A stretch of DNA of 64,000 nucleotides from Lepidodermella squamata (Eukaryota > Animalia > Gastrotricha): assembly GCA_047495785.1 (NCBI GenBank), contig JBLDXI010000002.1:372001-436000 (forward strand). Direction: 5' to 3'. Positions 60,612 to 64,000 of the stretch are shown here, piece by piece. Each line of letters starts with the position of its first letter. Within the stretch, counting starts at the first letter, position 1. A program made the translations under genes and the position numbers. The notes under the pieces are model-generated. The model did not search any database, was not told the DNA's origin, and saw nothing but the letters and a program-made list of their open reading frames with translations.

Positions 60612-62034
60612 TCACATAGCCTTTCCTACGAGTGTTGTGAGGAGATTTGTGAGACCGCCTAGGAATGACAGTAGGCCGTTTTCGACGGTTGGGACAACTG
60701 AAGGCCTGAAGACTAGCGGCAAATCAAATTGATTGCCAATAGTTGTTGTTTTTGTCGTGGTTGTTGTAGTAGTTGAAGTAGTAGTCGTTAGAGCTCTGGA
60801 AAATAATTTCGAAATTTCGAAAATCAAGTAATTGCTGAAAATACTGGATTGTTCCGGCTATTGAGGCTAGTAAGGAATTGGCTAGCTCTGTGTTGCTTGC
60901 TCCGCCTGAGAGGCAACAGCTTTGCTGGACAATTGAACAAGAGAGAGGATTTTTCAGGTATTGCTGGAGATTTTCGTTAGTTCCAATTCTGAGGCAGAGT
61001 AAAAAAAATTGGAATTTTAATAAATTTTACACAATTTTGAAAGCAAGTGAGAAGTTAATTTTTTCAAAATTTTCCGAAAATTAAAACTATTTCAAATAAA
61101 TTCCCATAAAATTATGTCTCGGTATTGTACTTTGTATATATTGTACGCAGAAAAATATATCAAGTTATATTTGCCCATTATTTTCATTTGTTTTTAACAT
61201 TATTTCACCCTCAAGGCATGAAAACAAAAAATAGGGTCCAAAGTCCAAAGTGTTTGAATAAAGGTGAAAAATTCATAAAAAATTATTAAATTTCACTGCA
61301 TTATCGCGTGATTGAAAAATGCTTTTAGTGGCTGATCGAAGTGTCCCATAATTAAAAAAATAATTCCTAATTTTTTACTCGCCTGAACGGTCATATATGA
61401 AATGGATAGTCTCTCCAGGAATGTGCGAATTTACCACGCTTTTATTGTAGGAAGGCTAATTTGTTAAATTTTTGCAGATGATTTCATTATTTTTAGCTAG
61501 ATTCTAAACATAGAGATTTCCGCATTCCTTGAGAAAAGTATGTCATAAAATTTGAACTCACACAACCGGCATTATATTGCCCAAGCTAATTGCCAACTGG
61601 TTTTGATTGGTCACCGTGACGTTGCACCTGCGTTTTTTGAGAAAAAGGAAAGCAATTTTTTCATTATTGCACTCAATTTTAACGAACAATTTAGCGCCCA
61701 TTGCACACAGCAGGATGTTGGACAGGTCGTGATTCGTGTTCCCACACGCCGAGTTCGAAATTCGGTTCTGCCTATATAAAATCAATAGATTCGCCATATT
61801 TTCGAATAAATCCTAAAAATATCGCTCACTGTGATCCGCAAATTAAATCGATCCATTTCGATTTATTGTGAACCAGGCTTTGAATTGTTATATTTGAATT
61901 GAATTTTTCAAAATATTTGTATTGCCTCACCCTGCATCAATTGATTGCTGGCACAAGTCGATCGCGGTTGCATTTTCAACCGCAGCTAACACTGGAGCTA
62001 AAATTATCGATAGCAACAATATTGTTCGCGACAT
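60612..62034 (-). CDS. Uncharacterised secreted Cys-containing protein with a Thr-rich stalk (exons about 62034-61931, 61771-61673, 61627-61562, optional 61438-61379, 60988-60845, 60795-60612)
   Basis: MSRTILLLSIILAPVLA signal peptide. The in-frame GT-AG model ends ...NPLSCSIVQQSCCLSGG...IQALTTTTSTTTTTTTKTTT...GLLSFLGGLTNLLTTLVGKAM*. Confidence 0.55.
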
Positions 62035-63797
62035 GTCTTATTTTTCGGCTAAAATGTTATGCGTTTGCTTCGAGTATCATTCGAGAGTGATTCGAGAGTG
62101 TTCTTTCTCGTAAACGAGGCTACTGTCACAAAAAAATAGGAAGCTTGCATCCTCCAGAGTCATTACACACATTAAGAGTGCGACAAAAAACGGCGGAAAT
62201 ACGGCGTTCTATTTACTTACCAGGCACTTCAAGCAATGTTTTTGCCAGCTTAAAAATGAAACTCATAACTAATGTTTCAAACGATAAATTCATATAGTTC
62301 CTATATTTATAACAATAATATTGCAATAAAAATCCTTAAAATATTACGTAATAATAGCAAAACGACAAAAGAGCAAATAAAAGAACTGAGCAGTTACATT
62401 ACAGCAAAGAAATTTGCGAAATAAAAATATAGCGGAAAAAATGTATCCATTTTCCTAGGATGGCGAAGAAAAATTCCTATCAACATATCTTTCGTTTTAC
62501 ACAAAATATCCGAAATCCCCCGAAGGAAACTTGGAAAATGCAATTAACGGTACTTTATCAGGTTGGAGTAGCGTTTGAGCCTTTGTTCTGGCTATTTCAG
62601 GCTTACTGATTAATTGATACCAACTGTTAACTGTTATATAACCTTTTTGCTCTTTTGTCGTTGCTTTTATGTGCGAAACCATTCTAGCTCACATGCACAT
62701 TAGCGTAGAACTTTTTCATTGGTATTTTCCAGTAATTCATAATATTTTCAATTATTGCACTCCCGGGACTGCTTTTAATTATCGTTATTTTACACGTATT
62801 TTCTTGCCGCTCTGCTCCGCCATTTACCATCAACGTTGTTCGCATTCGTCGATTTAATAAATCGCCCCCTGTCTTTTTCTGAGCAGCAAAAATTTTTCAT
62901 TATTATTTTTCATTTTGCCGCGGAAAATTGGGAAAAATAACTTTGTGAAGCATCTTACCTTATATTTTTAATATTTATTTTGCCTCTAAAGAATATAAAG
63001 CGATTTTTTAAGGGGGAAAAAATTTGATGTGTGGAATAAAATCAATAAATTCATGAAAAATTATAAACATTTTTTTATATCTTCTAGCAAAACGAAATTT
63101 GCATTTTGCGGAACCTTGGTCGAAATATCCCAAGAGTCATGTTTTGAATAATTCTACGAATTTGAGGCGAAGCATGAGTTCTGGATTGAACACTCTAATA
63201 GAGAATATTACTCTAAATTTAATGGTTATTTTTTTTTGAATTATTGGGGACAATTTCTAGACCCAAGAAATATCCGAAAAATAATTTCAGGACAATATAG
63301 AAAATTCCAAAATTCCTTCCTGGTTCATTTTTTATTGCATATTTTTCGATTTTATAGATTCCTATAATTTTTTCCTATTATTTACGATATAGCCGCATCG
63401 AAAGAATAGCAATACCTAGCGTTATTGCCTTTATGGCTAATAATAAAATTATTTACTAGGTTAAACAGATAACGTCTGCGCTATTCATTTTTCGCTGCGC
63501 ACTTTTTACGCGCCGAGGTGTGCAATAAATTTCCGCGGCTACTAGATAAAACCTCTACGCGTACTATATACTCCCAAGTAGTTATATTATTTACCGGTTT
63601 TATTCTCAGGAAGCTGCCGTATAGATAACACCAACTTCCTCTTCGCAAATGATACCTGCTTATATATTATATTGCCGAAAATCTCATTATAAAAATCTGT
63701 ATAAGAGCCTTACTAGAATAAATGTTCACTTTTTATCATCAAGTATTTCAACGGCTATATTGGTGCAAAATGAGAATTTTTCTGTGAGAACTAATCG

Positions 63798-64000
63798 ATG
63801 AATCGAATTCGGAAATCGCGCGACCTATGGCCAGGTCTTTGGTGCTGCCGGAGCCTTATGTTAATTTTCCTAATTATCGGCCTGGCTATGGTTGGCCTCG
63901 GGCTTCTCCTCGTCCTACAACAACGGTCCTATTTCATCGACAGAATTTCGCCAAGATTCGCCCTATATCGCCAACAGAATGACTCGATAACTTACGATTT
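63798..64000 (+). CDS. 3'-partial probable type II membrane protein
   Basis: MNRIRKSR...CCRSLMLIFLIIGLAMVGLGLLLVL: a short basic tail and one TM, open to the window end. Confidence 0.45.
   Translation, partial: MNRIRKSRDLWPGLWCCRSLMLIFLIIGLAMVGLGLLLVLQQRSYFIDRISPRFALYRQQNDSITYD

Noticed and set aside
60900-60990. Possible in-frame TGA (selenocysteine or readthrough) in the orphan gene
   Set aside because: With the phase-2 acceptor at 60988 the exon is open; the TGA is in another frame.

Overview
Intron-rich, AT-rich invertebrate animal DNA. The 45-60 nt introns, TTTCAG-like acceptors and A/T-tract introns look nematode-like, but the species cannot be established from the sequence. The window is dominated by three apparently intact, paralogous four-domain voltage-gated Nav2-family channel genes: A (10279-1947, minus), B (26200-11406, minus) and C (35498-45792, plus). 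All three share a non-canonical pore: a D-E-E-S filter, a rewritten domain II P-loop (CRETYQP in place of CGEWIEP), a largely neutralised outer ring, an LFMT inactivation motif and an enlarged Cys-rich domain IV loop. Paralog A also has a ~600-aa tandem-repeat N-terminus, and paralog C has an R1-to-H change in the DIV S4. Between B and C lie an IAH1-like SGNH esterase and a divergent class A GPCR. Downstream of C is a duplicated block containing two identical secreted PAN/apple-domain genes. They flank a divergent Cys-loop receptor subunit that seems to have about seven rather than four TM helices. Next come a receptor guanylyl cyclase, an orphan secreted Thr-rich protein and a partial type II membrane protein. 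A partial Gln-rich galaxin-like gene opens the window. Introns contain a decayed PIF/Harbinger element, a CCCAG-ended EnSpm-like element, several MITE families, a tRNA-derived SINE, a (TTTCC)n microsatellite and a degenerate TTAGGG-like tract. All gene models were spliced by eye; no database searches were run.
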